From: Octopus vulgaris
Taxonomy: Eukaryota
Assembly (NCBI GenBank): GCA_951406725.2
Contig: OX597828.1
Location: forward strand, 48,546,001-48,610,000
Reading direction: 5' to 3'
Length of the DNA stretch: 64,000 nucleotides
Positions 13,777-28,120 of this stretch are shown one piece after another. The notes beneath the pieces were generated by a model, which had not been told where the DNA came from, searched no databases, and was given only the letters and a program-made list of their open reading frames with translations. The position numbers were made by a program, and so were the translations under genes. The first letter of the stretch is position 1. Each line of letters starts with the position of its first letter.

Positions 13777-14102
13777 GCTGTTGTTGGTGGTGGTGGTTAT
13801 GGAGGTGGTAGCTGGGGTATTGATAGTGGCGATGGTGTCATCGTCGTCGTCGTTGTCGTCATCGTTGCCATTATTGTTATTTTATCACAACTTTATAAGT
13901 CAGATATAATTACCAAATTACTGCCATAAATTCTGTTATGTTTATAGCCAACACCATTCCATGTCACGGCATTCTTTTTTTTACAACTTTTTTTCAGTCA
14001 CTAATGAATTAATTAAATATGATAGCCTTTACAGCATTTCTTCATTAACCAGCACTCCGTCTTGGGGTTATACACACATACATGCTGCTATGTTTGTAAG
14101 TA

Positions 14103-14151
<49 letters not shown>

Positions 14152-14280
14152 TATATATATATGTATATATATGCTTGTCTGTAGGTGTGTATGTGCCTAT
14201 ATGTGTGTTGCGTAGCTATTAAATTTTATAGTATTATACGTGTGTGTCTGTACATATGTATGTGTATATATATGTGTATT

Positions 14281-14338
<58 letters not shown>

Positions 14339-14472
14339 TACACTTATGTGCATTTGTGTAGGTGTTTGTTTATTAAATATGATAGCTTGTTTCGTACTGC
14401 AAACCAGTACGAAATCTAAAGATTATTGCACACATTTAAATATAAACGTGTGTATGTGTGTGTGTGTGTGTT

Positions 14473-14554
<82 letters not shown>

Positions 14555-15186
14555 CTCAGCAATGTGTACGTTACGAGAGTATATTTATGAAAACAACTGT
14601 ATATGCAAATAACTGTTTTCCCGCTGCTCTTACTGTTGTTGTTAGTGGTGGTGGTGGTGGTGGTGATGGTGGTGGTGGTGGTGATGGTGATGGTGGTGGT
14701 AGTGGTGGTGGTGGTGGTGGTGGTGGAAGTGGTGGCGGCGGTGATGTTGTGGGTTATATTCGCACAGATTTTCTTTAAAAAAATGCCAATAATTTTCGGG
14801 TCACAGGGATCAATGGAGTCAGCTTTCCACCCAACTTCTTAAATAAAATAGATTCATTTGTTGTTGTTTTTGTTGTTGGTGTTGTCCTTGTTATTTTTTT
14901 TAGCCCATGGTAAGTGTTCACTGAGATGGTCTGTAAGCCAGAGACACGTCGATCGTGATCGTCTCGTCACTTTCGTACGACCTAGGATTATCAAGGACTA
15001 TATTATCTAATGTGTCTATCTTTCTCCCTCCTTTCATTTCCAAATATGATTTGAAGGAAGGAAATATTTCAAGCTGTCTTTAGAACTAACATTATGTTAT
15101 ATATACATCCTTTGGTAAGATACCAAGGAAACTACGATAATAACGAAGACGAGAACGATGACGTTGATGATGATGATGATGATGCT

Positions 15187-18100
15187 GGTAGTGGTGGCGG
15201 CAGCAGTGGTGGTGGTTGCAGTGGTGGTGGTTGCAGTTGTGGTGGTTGCAGTGATGGTGGTTGCAGTGGTGGTGGTTGCAGTGGTGGTGGTTGCAGTGGT
15301 GGTGGTTGCAGTGATGGTGGTTGCAGTGATGGTGGTTGCAGTGGTGGTGGTTGCAGTGGTGGCGGCAGCAGTGATGGTGGTTGCAGTGGTGGTGGTTGCA
15401 GTGGTGGTGGTTGCAGTGGTGGTGGTTGCAGTGGTGGTGGTTGCAGTGGTGGCGGCAGCAGTGATGGTGGTTGCAGTGGTGGTGGTTGCAGTGGTGGTGG
15501 TTGCAGTGGTGACGGCAGCAGTGGTGGTGGTTGCAGTGGTGGTGGTTGCAGTGGTGGTGGTTGCAGTTGTGGTGGTTGCAGTGGTGGTGGTTGCAGTGAT
15601 GGTGGTTGCAGTGGTGGTGGTTGCAGTGGTGGTGGTTGCAGTTGTGGTGGTTGCAGTGGTGGTGGTTGCAGTGGTGGTGGTTGCAGTGGGGGTGGTTGCA
15701 GTGGTGGTGGTTGCAGTGATGGTGGTTGCAGTGGTGGTGGTTGCAGTGGTGGTGGTTGCAGTGGTGGTGGTTGCAGTGGTGGTGGTTGCAGTGGTGGTGG
15801 TTGCAGTGGTGGTGGTTGCAGTGATGGTGGTTGCAGTGGTGGTGGTTGCAGTGGTGGTGGTTGCAGTGGTGGTGGTTGCAGTGGTGGTGGTTGCAGTGAT
15901 GGTGGTTGCAGTGGTGGTGGTTGCAGTGATGGTGGTTGCAGTGATGGTGGTTGCAGTGGTGGTGGTTGCAGTGGTGGTGGTTGCAGTGGTGGTGGTTGCA
16001 GTGGTGGTGGTTGCAGTGATGGTGGTTGCAGTGGTGGTGGTTGCAGTGATGGTGGTTGCAGTGGTGGTGGTTGCAGTGGTGGTGGTTGCAGTGGTGGTGG
16101 TTGCAGAGGTGGTGGTTGCAGTGGTGGTGGTTGCAGTGGTGGTGGTTGCAGTGATGGTGGTTGCAGTGGTGGTGGTTGCAGTGGTGGTGGTTGCAGTGGT
16201 GGTGGTTGCAGTGGTGGTGGTTGCAGTGGATGGTGGTTGCAGTGGTGGTGGTTGCAGTGATGGTGGTTGCAGTGGTGGTGGTTGCAGTGGTGGTGGTTGC
16301 AGTGGTGGTGGTTGCAGTGATGGTGGTTGCAGTGGTGGTGGTTGCAGTGATGGTGGTTGCAGTGGTGGTCGTTGCAGTGGTGGTGGTTGCAGTGATGGTG
16401 GTTGCAGTGATGGTGGTTGCAGTGGTGGTGGTTGCAGTGGTGGTGGTTGCAGTGGTGGTGGTTGCAGTGGTGGTGGTTGCAGTGGTGGTGGTTGCAGTGA
16501 TGGTGGTTGCAGTGGTGGTGGTTGCAGTGATGGTGGTTGCAGTGGTGGTGGTTGCAGTGATGGTGGTTGCAGTGGTGGTGGTTGCAGTGGTGGTGGTTGC
16601 AGTGGTGGTGGTTGCAGTGGTGACGGCAGCAGTGGTGGTGGTTGCAGTGGTGGTGGTTGCAGTGGTGGTGGTTGCAGTTGTGGTGGTTGCAGTGGTGGTG
16701 GTTGCAGTGGTGGTGGTTGCAGTGGTGGTGGTTGCAGTGGTGGTGGTTGCAGTGGTGGTGGTTGCAGTTGTGGTGGTTGCAGTGGTGGTGGTTGCAGTGA
16801 TGGTGGTTGCAGTGGTGGTGGTTGCAGTGGTGGTGGTTGCAGTGGTGGTGGTTGCAGTGGTGGTGGTTGCAGTGGTGGTGGTTGCAGTTGTGGTGGTTGC
16901 AGTGGTGGTGGTTGCAGTGGTGGTGGTTGCAGTGATGGTGGTTGCAGTGGTGGTGGTTGCAGTGGTGGTGGTTGCAGTGGTGGTGGTTGCAGTGGTGGTG
17001 GTTGCAGTGATGGTGGTTGCAGTGGTGGTGGTTGCAGTGATGGTGGTTGCAGTGATGGTGGTTGCAGTGGTGGTGGTTGCAGTGGTGGTGGTTGCAGTGG
17101 TGGTGGTTGCAGTGATGGTGGTTGCAGTGGTGGTGGTTGCAGTGATGGTGGTTGCAGTGGTGGTGGTTGCAGTGGTGGTGGTTGCAGTGGTGGTGGTTGC
17201 AGTGGTGGTGGTTGCAGTGGTGGTGGTTGCAGTGGTATTGGTTGCAGTGGTGGTGGTTGCAGTGATGGTGGTTGCAGTGATGGTGGTTGCAGTGGTGGTG
17301 GTTGCAGTGATGGTGGTTGCAGTGGTGGTGGTTGCAGTGGTGGTGGTTGCAGTGGTGGTGGTTGCAGTGGTGGTGGTTGCAGTGGTGGTGGTTGCAGTGA
17401 TGGTGGTTGCAGTGGTGGTGGTTGCAGTGATGGTGGTTGCAGTGGTGGTGGTTGCAGTGGTGGTGGTTGCAGTGGTGGTGGTTGCAGTGGTGGTGGTTGC
17501 AGTGGTGGTGGTTGCAGTGATGGTGGTTGCAGTGGTGGTGGTTGCAGTGATGGTGGTTGCAGTGGTGGTGGTTGCAGTGGTGGTGGTTGCAGTGGTGACG
17601 GCAGCAGTGGTGGTGGTTGCAGTGGTGGTGGTTGCAGTGGTGGTGGTTGCAGTTGTGGTGGTTGCAGTGGTGGTGGTTGCAGTGGTGACGGCAGCAGTGG
17701 TGGTGGTTGCAGTAGTGGTGGTTGCAGTGGTGGTGGTTGCAGTGGTGGTGGTTGCAGTGGTGGTGGTTGCAGTGGTGGTGGTTGCAGTGGTGGTGGTTGC
17801 AGTGGTGGTGGTTGCAGTGGTGGTGGTTGCAGTGATGGTGGTTGCAGTGGTGGTGGTTGCAGTAGTGGTGGTTGCAGTGGTGGTGGTTGCAGTGGTGGTG
17901 GTTGCAGTGATGGTGGTTGCAGTTGTGGTGGTTGCAGTGGTGGTGGTTGCAGTGGTGGTGGTTGCAGTGGTGGTGGTTGCAGTGATGGTGGTTGCAGTGG
18001 TGGTGGTTGCAGTGGTGGTGGTTGCAGTGGTGGTGGTTGCAGTGGTGGTGGTTGCAGTGGTGGTGGTTGCAGTGGTGGTGGTTGCAGTGGTGGTGGTTGC

Positions 18101-18230
18101 AGTGGTGGTGGTTGCAGTGATGGTGGTTGCAGTGGTGACGGCAGCAGTGGTGGTGGTTGCAGTAGTGGTGGTTGCAGTGGTGGTGGTTGCAGTAGTGGTG
18201 GTTGCAGTGATGGTGGTTGCAGTGGTGGTC
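15187..18230. repeat. 15-bp minisatellite (GGTTGCAGTGGTGGT)n, about 200 units
   Basis: Continuous array with variant units (GAT, TGT, GACGGCAGC, AGT) and one 1-nt insertion near 16230. Confidence 0.97.
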
Positions 18231-18244
18231 ATAATGATAAGGAT

Positions 18245-18620
18245 GCTAAAACGCTTCTCAGCATTTCGTCCGTTTTTTATGTTCTGAGCTCAAATTCCGC
18301 CTTGGTCGACTTTGCTTTTTATCTTTTCAGGGTCAATATAATAAGTACCATTTGAGCACTGGGGATCAACTTCTTATTATTATCATTGTCCTTATAAGGC
18401 AGCGATTTGACTGAATCGTAAGATCCTCGAACAAAATGTCTTGCGGTACTTCACCCAAATCTTGACGCTCTGAATTCAAACTCCACCGAGATTAAGTCTG
18501 TTTTTCATTCCTCCGGGGTCAATAAAACGAAGTACCTGTCACGTACTGGGAGCATGGTATAGTCTAGCCCCTCCCCATCACTAAAAATTACTGACCTCGT
18601 CCCTAAATTAGAAACCAATA
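18245..18620 (+). mobile_element. Old SINE family B copies adjoining the minisatellite
   Basis: GCATTTCGTCC..GTTCTGAGCTCAAATTCCGCC..GGTCGACTTTGC, plus a second diverged unit from about 18397. Confidence 0.6.
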
Positions 18621-19089
18621 CTACTAACCTTTTAGTCAATTTTGATACCATTGGTTGTTGTTGATGTGATAATAATTATTGTTTTGTTGCTATTTCGATC
18701 GTTGCTGGTAATAATATTGTTTTTCTTGGTGTTATAGTTGTGGTTGTTGTCGTCGTTTTCTTCTTCTTCTTCTTCTTCTTCTTCTTCTTCTTCTTCTTCT
18801 TCTTCTTCTTCTTCTTCTTCTTCTTCCAGTCAGGACTCATGCCATTAGCCACAAAGAATAATCTCTAATTCGAGCCTACTCTAAGCTACTAAGATCCACC
18901 CACCACCCGCGATAGACTGGCGGTTGCACGGGCGCGAAAGCTACGTTGTTATCCTCATTCCGTAAACGGTGGCTTTTTAACGGGTGGAGAGCTGAACCAT
19001 CCTGGGGTACAGAGGATTCGCAATCTAGACTAGGGTCTCAAAGTTTACCACACCATAGTGGGTTACACCATGGTTCCTCTGCTTTGTGG

Positions 19090-19231
19090 CAGAAGTAGGA
19101 AGAAAGAGTGAGAGAAAGTTGTGGTGAAAGAGTACAGCGGGGTTCACCACCCCTCCCTGCCGGAGCCCTCGTGGAGCTTAGGTGTTTTTGCTCAATAGAC
19201 ATTCAACAATGCCCGGTCTGGGAATCGAAAC

Positions 19232-19235
<4 letters not shown>
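19090..19235 (-). mobile_element. SINE family C fragment
   Basis: Matches 60303-60440 in reverse. Confidence 0.75.
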
Positions 19236-19266
<31 letters not shown>

Positions 19267-19560
19267 GCGCATGTGTGTGTATAAAGATGTGCTGCTATTC
19301 AAAGCTGAGCTAGATTTGATTTTAAGTCTACTGAATGACGTCTGACCTGGGGCTATACAACAACAACAAGAACAGCAACTACTGCAAGAGTTAAGGAAAA
19401 TACATCTTCTTATAAGAAACGTAAACAAAATATTACAGAAGTAAAGAATTTACTTAGTCGTAGATTGTTGACGACCGCGGATAAACAAGACTGCAGTTCA
19501 GCATGTTGTTTAAACAATGTGTATCGCTTGCATACACACACACACACACACACACACACG

Positions 19561-19651
<91 letters not shown>

Positions 19652-19652
19652 G

Positions 19653-19721
<69 letters not shown>

Positions 19722-20071
19722 TGTGTGTGTGTGTATGTATGTATATGTTGATGTTTTTATGCAAAGTTATGCATGAAAACAGTTCAGCATTAAATGGAAG
19801 GAACACTCAACACTTGTCAGTAGAGCATCATGTTTATTTTTACAAGGAACAGGTTGATGGTGACTTCGAAGTCTCAGTTTACCAGATGTCACGATATGTA
19901 TGCTTGTACGTTAGTACCTACGTACGTACGTATGTATGTATGTATGTATGTATGTATGTATGTATGTATGTATGCATGCATGTGTGTATTTACATATATA
20001 TATATATGTATGCATGCATGTTTGTATGTATGCATGCATGTTTGTATGTATGTATGTATGTATGTATGTAA

Positions 20072-20107
<36 letters not shown>

Positions 20108-20254
20108 CTAATTCAGGATATCTATGTGATACCCTAAGTTATAATTTTAATAATAATTATTACCATTGAAGGTTTTTATTTCCATGCTGGCCACTTGATA
20201 AGATCGTTATTTAATTTAAATTAAATTAACGATCTTATCGTTATATATATATAG

Positions 20255-20303
<49 letters not shown>

Positions 20304-20707
20304 CGCGCGTGTGTGGATGTGTGCGTGTGTGTATGCGTGTACGTATATACATACAAACATTAGCGCATGGAAAAAGTAGGAGATGAAGTTAGACGGGTTA
20401 GTTTAAGACTTGAATGACAAAAGAAAAACAGAAGAATGCTTCTACCGTTTCGGATATCGGTCCTTCGTCAAAGAGAAAGTCTATGAGGAGAAAGAGAGAG
20501 AAAGCAAAAAAGGGAAAAAAATGAGAGGAGAGAGAAATAAAGATGACGGTGAGCAAATCGTAATTTCGAAGTTACTGTGAACTTATTCCTTGTAAAGATT
20601 TATACATACTTGCATACGCACACACACACCACACCCACACGCACATAAACATACATACACACACACATACATACATATATACATACGTACATATATACAT
20701 ACATACA

Positions 20708-20762
<55 letters not shown>

Positions 20763-20853
20763 TACATACATATATATATATACATATATATATATATACA
20801 TATACATATATATACATACATATATATATACATATATATATATATACATATAT

Positions 20854-20983
<130 letters not shown>

Positions 20984-21110
20984 CATACACACATACACAG
21001 ACACACACACATACAAACACACATGTATGTATGTGAGTATATATATATATATATATATATACACAGACACACACATATACACACACACGCATTATATATT
21101 TATATATATA

Positions 21111-21495
21111 CTAGCAGTATCGCCCGGCGTTGCTCAGGTTTGTAAGGGAAATAACTATAAAGCATTTTTAGAGAGTTATAGCCAAAAAATAGCAAAAAAA
21201 TGGAAAAAAAATGATGGTAAATTTTTTTTGAGGGATAAAAAAGGTGGAGTTGCGTCCCCTAGACGGTCTGTGGTTTGGGTTTCAGATTCTCGACCCCATG
21301 TCGAATTTATCGATCTTTTTCAGAAGTGGGGGAACTTTTCAAAATTTTCGCTGCGTTAGTTTTGAATTATGACATTGGGCTATGTGTGGTGTCAAGTTTC
21401 ATCAGAATCGGTTGAAAGCCGTGGTCAGAGTGAGGGTACGAGAAAACAGACACACAGAAAACGCACAGACAAACTGCCGTTTATATAGAGAGAGA
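21111..21495 (-). mobile_element. Non-autonomous Helitron
   Basis: Minus strand 5' A|TCTCTCTCTATATAAACGG; 3' CCTGAGCAACGCCGGGCGATACTGCTAG|T. The last ~60 bp are shared with 33328-33726. Confidence 0.75.
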
Positions 21496-21939
21496 TATAT
21501 ATACATATATATATAGAGAGAGAGAGAGGGAGAGAGAAAAAGAGAGAAATGGAGGGAGAGAGAGAGAAAAAAAGAGAGAGAGGAGAGAAAATGAGAGAGA
21601 GGGAGAGAGAGAAAGAGAGAGGGTGAGAGAGAGATAGGGGAGAAATATGCCGATGGTTATATAATAAGAGGATAATAATTTTCAATGTATAAGAAGTCTC
21701 TCAATATATTCCGTCATCGTACAGATATCCAACAACCATTTATGAGGCTGAAAACGCCTCTTAAATGGCCAACAGTTTTCGGGCAGGGAACAAATCGATT
21801 ACATGGACCCTCGCCCCAGTGCTCAACTGGTACTTATTATATCAACCCCGAAAGGGATGAAAGGCAAAGTCGAACTCGGGGAAGTCTGAACTCAGAACGT
21901 AATAATAATCCTGTTTTACTATAAGTCACATGGGCTGAA

Positions 21940-22308
21940 ATGACAGCGACAACAACGACGACGACCACGATGATGATGGTGATGATGATGATGGTGGTGG
22001 TGGTGATGGTGGTGGTGGTAATGGCAAGGATGAGGATGAGGATGATGATGACGACGACGATGATGTTGATGATGACAATGGTGATGATAATGATGACTAT
22101 GGTGACGATGATAATGATGATGATGATGATCACGACGATGATGATGATGATGATGACGCTGATGATGATGTTGATGATGATGATGATGATGACGACAATA
22201 GTGACGATAATAATGATGATGATGATCTCGACGATGATGATGATGATGATGATGATGATATTGATGATGATGATGATGATGATGATGACGACAATAGTAA
22301 CGATAATA

Positions 22309-22341
<33 letters not shown>

Positions 22342-22406
22342 TTGATGATGATGATGATGATGACGATGATGATGATGATGATGACGATGATGATGATGAT
22401 GATGAC

Positions 22407-22459
<53 letters not shown>

Positions 22460-22485
22460 CGATGACGATGATGAGGATGACGATG
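21940..22485. repeat. (GAT)n-derived repeat with higher-order duplication
   Basis: GATGACGACAATAGT.ACGATAATAATGATG recurs; the poly-Met ORF is an artefact. Confidence 0.9.
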
Positions 22486-23589
22486 AAAACCGTCTAACGG
22501 GACACCGGTTACTTAGCCTTGCCGCTAATACCGTTCTGGACCCAATCTAACGCCAACAAAAGTGACCGACCAGTGAAGCCGTCACTTCCATAAAACTATA
22601 CAGAAGTGGACAGCTCTGAAGAATGCAGTTAGGACAGACGGAAACATTTGGCAGTAAAAGACAGATATTATATAAACATTTTCTTATGTTAACGTATGTC
22701 TTGTCTACGGAACATTCCAGTGAGAACTTGAAGAAATAAACACAGATTTAACTTAGTAACAATAGACGGCTGGTCTCGCTTGCTCCATGAGAACCAACAT
22801 ACGTATGTAGGTATTCACGTGTATGCGTGTATATCTGTCTATTTGTATGTATACGACTGTATGTATATGTCATTATATTTGTTTTTGTTGCTATATATAT
22901 ATATATAAATTTACGTGTATGTGTGTGTGTGTATGTGTGTGTTATATGTAAAGTATATTTCCATACTTTTTACGCATATGCGTGCGTTTTTGTGGCAGAA
23001 ATGTGTGTGATTATGCGTGTGTATGAGCGAGAGTATGCATATATTTATACATGTATGCTTGTGTGAATGTATTTATGTGTGTGCGTATTAATATATGTGC
23101 GTGTGTCTGTGTTCGTTTCAGATTAAGGTGTGTATGCGTGTGGTTGTGGGCATGGATCTGTATGAGAATTTGTATGTATGTATATACATGCTTATACATA
23201 TATGTGTGGACATATTATATTGTCGACTAATTCAATTATTTTATTGAATTTATGATAAACAAACAAAAAAAAAGCAAAGTAAAACCGAAACCATGAAATA
23301 AGAATTACAATATAATTACCAAACAAAAAATTACCATTGTCACGTGACACGCAGAAAGATATTTGCAACATTAGCGACATTTTTACAACCTGCCGTCGAA
23401 ATACCAATAAACAGATTCCTTCTCAAAGAAATAATTCCACGTTTTACTCATATATCTCTTGTTTGGTTTTGCAATGTTTTCGTAACCATGGAAACATTCC
23501 AAAAATTCTTGCTCAGCCAAAATATTGCGCAGGAAATAAATTACCAAAGCAGAAAACGGGTTCAATTGGAATTTCGAAATAATAGCGAT

Positions 23590-24200
23590 ACGATTCCTTA
23601 TTTCGAGAACTGGGGTCGATTTAATCGACCAGCAACCACTTCGTCAAATTTTCAGGGTCTGTGGCTATTGTAGGAAGGATTATTAGTAATGCAGTGACAA
23701 AATACTTAACGGCATTTCGGCGAGCTGGCAGAAACGTTAGCAACCGGGCGAAATGCGTAGCCGTATTTCGTCTGCCGCTACGTTCTGAGTTCAAATTCCG
23801 CCGAGGTCGACTTTGCCTTTCATCCTTTCAGGGTCGATTAAATAAGTACCAGTTACGCACTGAGGTCGATATAATCGACTTAAACCGTTTGTCTGCCCTT
23901 GTTTGTCCTCTATGTGTTTAGCCCCTTGTGGGTAGTAAAGAAATAGGTATTTCGTCTGTCTTTACGTTCTGAGTACAGATCCCACCAAGGTCAACTTTGC
24001 TTTTAATTCATTCGGGGGTCGATTAAAGAAGTACCGATTGAACACTGGGAGTTATTTAATTGATTAGCCCTATCCTCCAAAATTTCAGGTCGTGCGCCTA
24101 GAAAAGATTACTAAGGTTGTAAGCTGACAGAATTGTTAGAAAGTCGAAGACGGTTTGCTGAATTTCTTTCCGGCTCTTGACGTTCCGAGTTCAAATCACT
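23590..24200 (+). mobile_element. SINE family B composite (young unit 23718-23944 among older units)
   Basis: Full consensus unit flanked by diverged partial units. Confidence 0.85.
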
Positions 24201-24432
24201 CCGTCAGCAATTTAAAGATCTTTATTAATACTATGAATGGTAACAGCCGACGAAAGTGTGTGGAATATTTTAGCCATTAGATTTGATTTATCCTAATTTA
24301 ATAGAAAACTTTTAGGTTCTGAATAAAGATTATTTGTAGATTGAATATTAACTCTGTGAACGTTTGCGGATCTGCATTGAGGTCTCTACTTCTACTTTCG
24401 TGCGTGTGTATACGTATGAATGTTTGAGTGTA

Positions 24433-24860
<428 letters not shown>

Positions 24861-24877
24861 TAGACAGACAGACAGAC

Positions 24878-24964
<87 letters not shown>

Positions 24965-25901
24965 CAGACGTATGTATGTATACATCAGAATAAACACAAA
25001 AACAACGGTTGATATTTTGATTGCATTAAATACACGTGTTTCTACTGGTTATGTAAGATAACCTTTTGCACACTACAAACTTCTGCAGTCGATTCAAATG
25101 CTTACTCGCGCGCGTGCGCGTGTATGTGTAATCTATCTATACATAATATATACCACACAACTATATTATATATAGTATGTCCATTTTTATCGCTATGTTG
25201 AGCATTATCTATCAATCAATACACTGAAATATTTTACCTAAATAATTAATGAAATTGTTAAATGCTGGTAAGGTATCAGTTATTTTGTATATAAAAAATA
25301 TCGTTACTCTGTTAAGAAAAAATAGTGTCTGTCTGTGTGGGGGGCCTTTCGTTTAAATATGATGGCAATGACATGGAATCCTGTCAATGCAAAAGAATTG
25401 ATGTCGCTAAACATTCAAATGAATGTGTGTATGTGTTTGTGCGTGCATGTGCGTGCAAGTGCGTGCGTGCGTGCTGCTTTGGAATTTTTGATGTATGTGT
25501 TTGTATTAATAATGTGTATATGTGTGTGTATGTGCGTGTGTGTGTGTTTCAATAAAACTCATAACAACTTTTCTGTTATCAATATCCCTGTCCAATACAC
25601 AAGGGCACAGATATCATCAATTTCCTGGCCTAAACAAACCTCTAAATTTCTTCTAGTTTCCTACGTTTAAATATCTTTTTTCCTATATATTCGTTTTCTC
25701 TTCATATATATATATACACACACTACTATGTTCTTTGCATATATACACACTACTAGTTTTTTTTCTCTTTCATATATACACTCCACTATATCAAGTTTTT
25801 TGTTCAACTAATTTAGTTTCATTTTTTTATACACATGTATTTTTTTTTACAAATAATTCTTCTCGGTTTCTCATTTGCAAATCTATCGAGTTGAATATTT
25901 C

Positions 25902-25967
<66 letters not shown>

Positions 25968-26849
25968 GCGTGCACGCACACACCGCACATACACACACAC
26001 ATACGAGAGTGAGTGAACAAACCAACGAAAGTAGCACTCAACACATTTGTTTGGATTTACATGTATTTAATAACAGTTTCGCTGAGCTCCGTAAAGGCGC
26101 GTGGCCTAGTAGTCTGGGTATTGCACTCACGATCGTAAGAAAGTGGTTTCGAATCCCGGTGCTTTGGTGTTTTTTGAGCAAAACACTCCATGACGCGTTG
26201 CGGCAGTTTATTCAACTGCAAATGAGTTCCGACAGTAACCGGGAAGTTAACCTGTGATGTACTGGCGTCCCGTTGAGTAGGGAGTGCTGTAACTTCAGTC
26301 CATTATAGACCACGAAAACCAAGCTTCGATCTTGTGTATCCTAGAACTCATGACAGACCATAGTCTGACTGCGCTCCACATCATTTAAATTTTCGTGAGC
26401 ATGTAGGACACATCCATCTCATCAGATATTGGGAAGCCCACGAACGTCTGAAATACATACATACAAACATACATAAGTTTGTATGCATGTATGATTGCAA
26501 AACAAAACCAGCTGCACAGTCAGAGTTTAACGTGGCAGTTATGGATTATGACCCTGTAGGCCACACTGTAACGATATCTTAAAAGTGATAGTATCGCACC
26601 GCTAACACAGAAAGTAGGATACAGTATTGACTGTAATAACATAATCGAAGATACTGAGATTATTAACAATCGTATTGACAAAGGGGATAGGAATGTTGAT
26701 GAGTATACAGAAATAAGTATTAATTTCGTTAATGTAGTAGATAGTAATAAAACCTTGAATACTGATAATGTATATTGCAACCCAACAGAATTTAAGAGGT
26801 GCATCTGTAATTGTAGGTGTCGCGACGACTGTAGGTGTGTAACTACTAC

Positions 26850-27110
26850 TAGTAAATCAACTTATACTGATATAGTTGCGACAAGGACAAATTTTAAGAT
26901 TCGATTACGAAGTCATATGCAGAGTTGCAGATATGGCGGTAAGACTTGTAGCACCTCATTGTCAGGGGAAATTTGCGAGTTGAAGCGCCAGGACATAGAC
27001 TATTCAGTCACTTCGTCCATATACTGGATTTGAAAATTAATGTATGTCGTGTATTGCTGAGATACTGGTAATTATAGATTGCAAAGGTAATATTAGCAAC
27101 GAATTTGATG
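26850..27110 (+). mobile_element. Penelope-like GIY-YIG endonuclease remnant
   Basis: TY...ATRTNFKIRLRSHMQSCR.....STSLSGEICELKRQDIDYSV resembles the Y.G.T...FK.R...H..S......T.LS..IW.LK.....Y.I pattern of PLE endonucleases. Confidence 0.55.
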
Positions 27111-27329
27111 AGATGATCATGAGATGAAGACACGTAAAGAAAAACATTCTTACATACAAACTTCTGATAATTCTATTAACAAAGCAATCGTATATATAGG
27201 AATAGGTTTTATTTCTCGTGGTCGTTTACTCCTATACTTCTACTTTACGTTTAACTTAAGGTGTGATGTTGATGTTGGACTACGTGAAATTTGCCCGGGG
27301 TGGAGAGTTATGCCTAGTTCAGATACCAT

Positions 27330-27530
27330 AGTTTACATTCGTAAAGCGGTAACAAGACCAGCATCAGGCAAGCTGCGAAAATTTTGGAGAGTAATGCAAC
27401 TGTCACGTAATCTAAAGCTACACCTGTTTCGTTCTACAGTAGAATCTTCTCTGCTCTATGGTTCTGAATGCTGGTCTCTTACGGTAGCCCAATATCATTA
27501 GATGGCACATACTCACGAGTGCTGTGCAAA
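27330..27530 (+). mobile_element. RTE-type LINE fragment (region C-terminal to RT)
   Basis: IRKA...GKLRKFW...LSRNLKLHLFRSTVESSLLYGSECWSLT, a typical RTE-clade motif. Confidence 0.75.
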
Positions 27531-28061
27531 CTTTACTTGACCGAGAGACAATGATCCTAAAACATTCGCAGAATTCAGATGCCTTCTTGAATTCAAAAAG
27601 TGAGATTTTTAGTCGCTGCTCTCATGATGGGAAATTTATTTTGGAAACTTGACCTTCCTCGTTTGTGGATTAGTGAACGAGAAAGAAAACGCACACAAAC
27701 TGATCCTTCTCGAACACAGTTCGACTCGTTCAAAGGAAGGTAGCTGTGTTTCTCTCAGAGTGGAATTTTTTACGTTTCAGGGGTTTCTTTTTTCATTTCG
27801 GAGTTTTTTCAGCACCAATTTGACTAATGTATTCTTACCTCCTTTAGTAAAGAGGTCATGTGCCTCCGGTCAGCAGGTCCGATGAGTCGCCTATATTGCC
27901 AAATGCAATTGTAGATGTTAAACGAATGGAAACTTTCTGAGTGGTCATAACCACGGATATACTACGAGTACATACAAACTACTTTAAAAAGAAATTTTAG
28001 AGTGTGCAATTTTTTTTGGACTTAACGACAAACGACCGATATATATGAGAGTAGGCGTGCG

Positions 28062-28120
<59 letters not shown>

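Noticed and set aside
15092-18355. ORFs over 1000 aa (poly-T/HHHCN, poly-V/GGGCS) resembling mucin or keratin-associated proteins
   Set aside because: They are translations of a stop-free 15-bp minisatellite, open in several frames on both strands, with a frameshifting insertion and no unique coding flanks.
21940-22497. Met-rich ORF (reflectin-like at a glance)
   Set aside because: Pure (GAT)n repeat without reflectin motifs or Tyr/Arg/Pro content.
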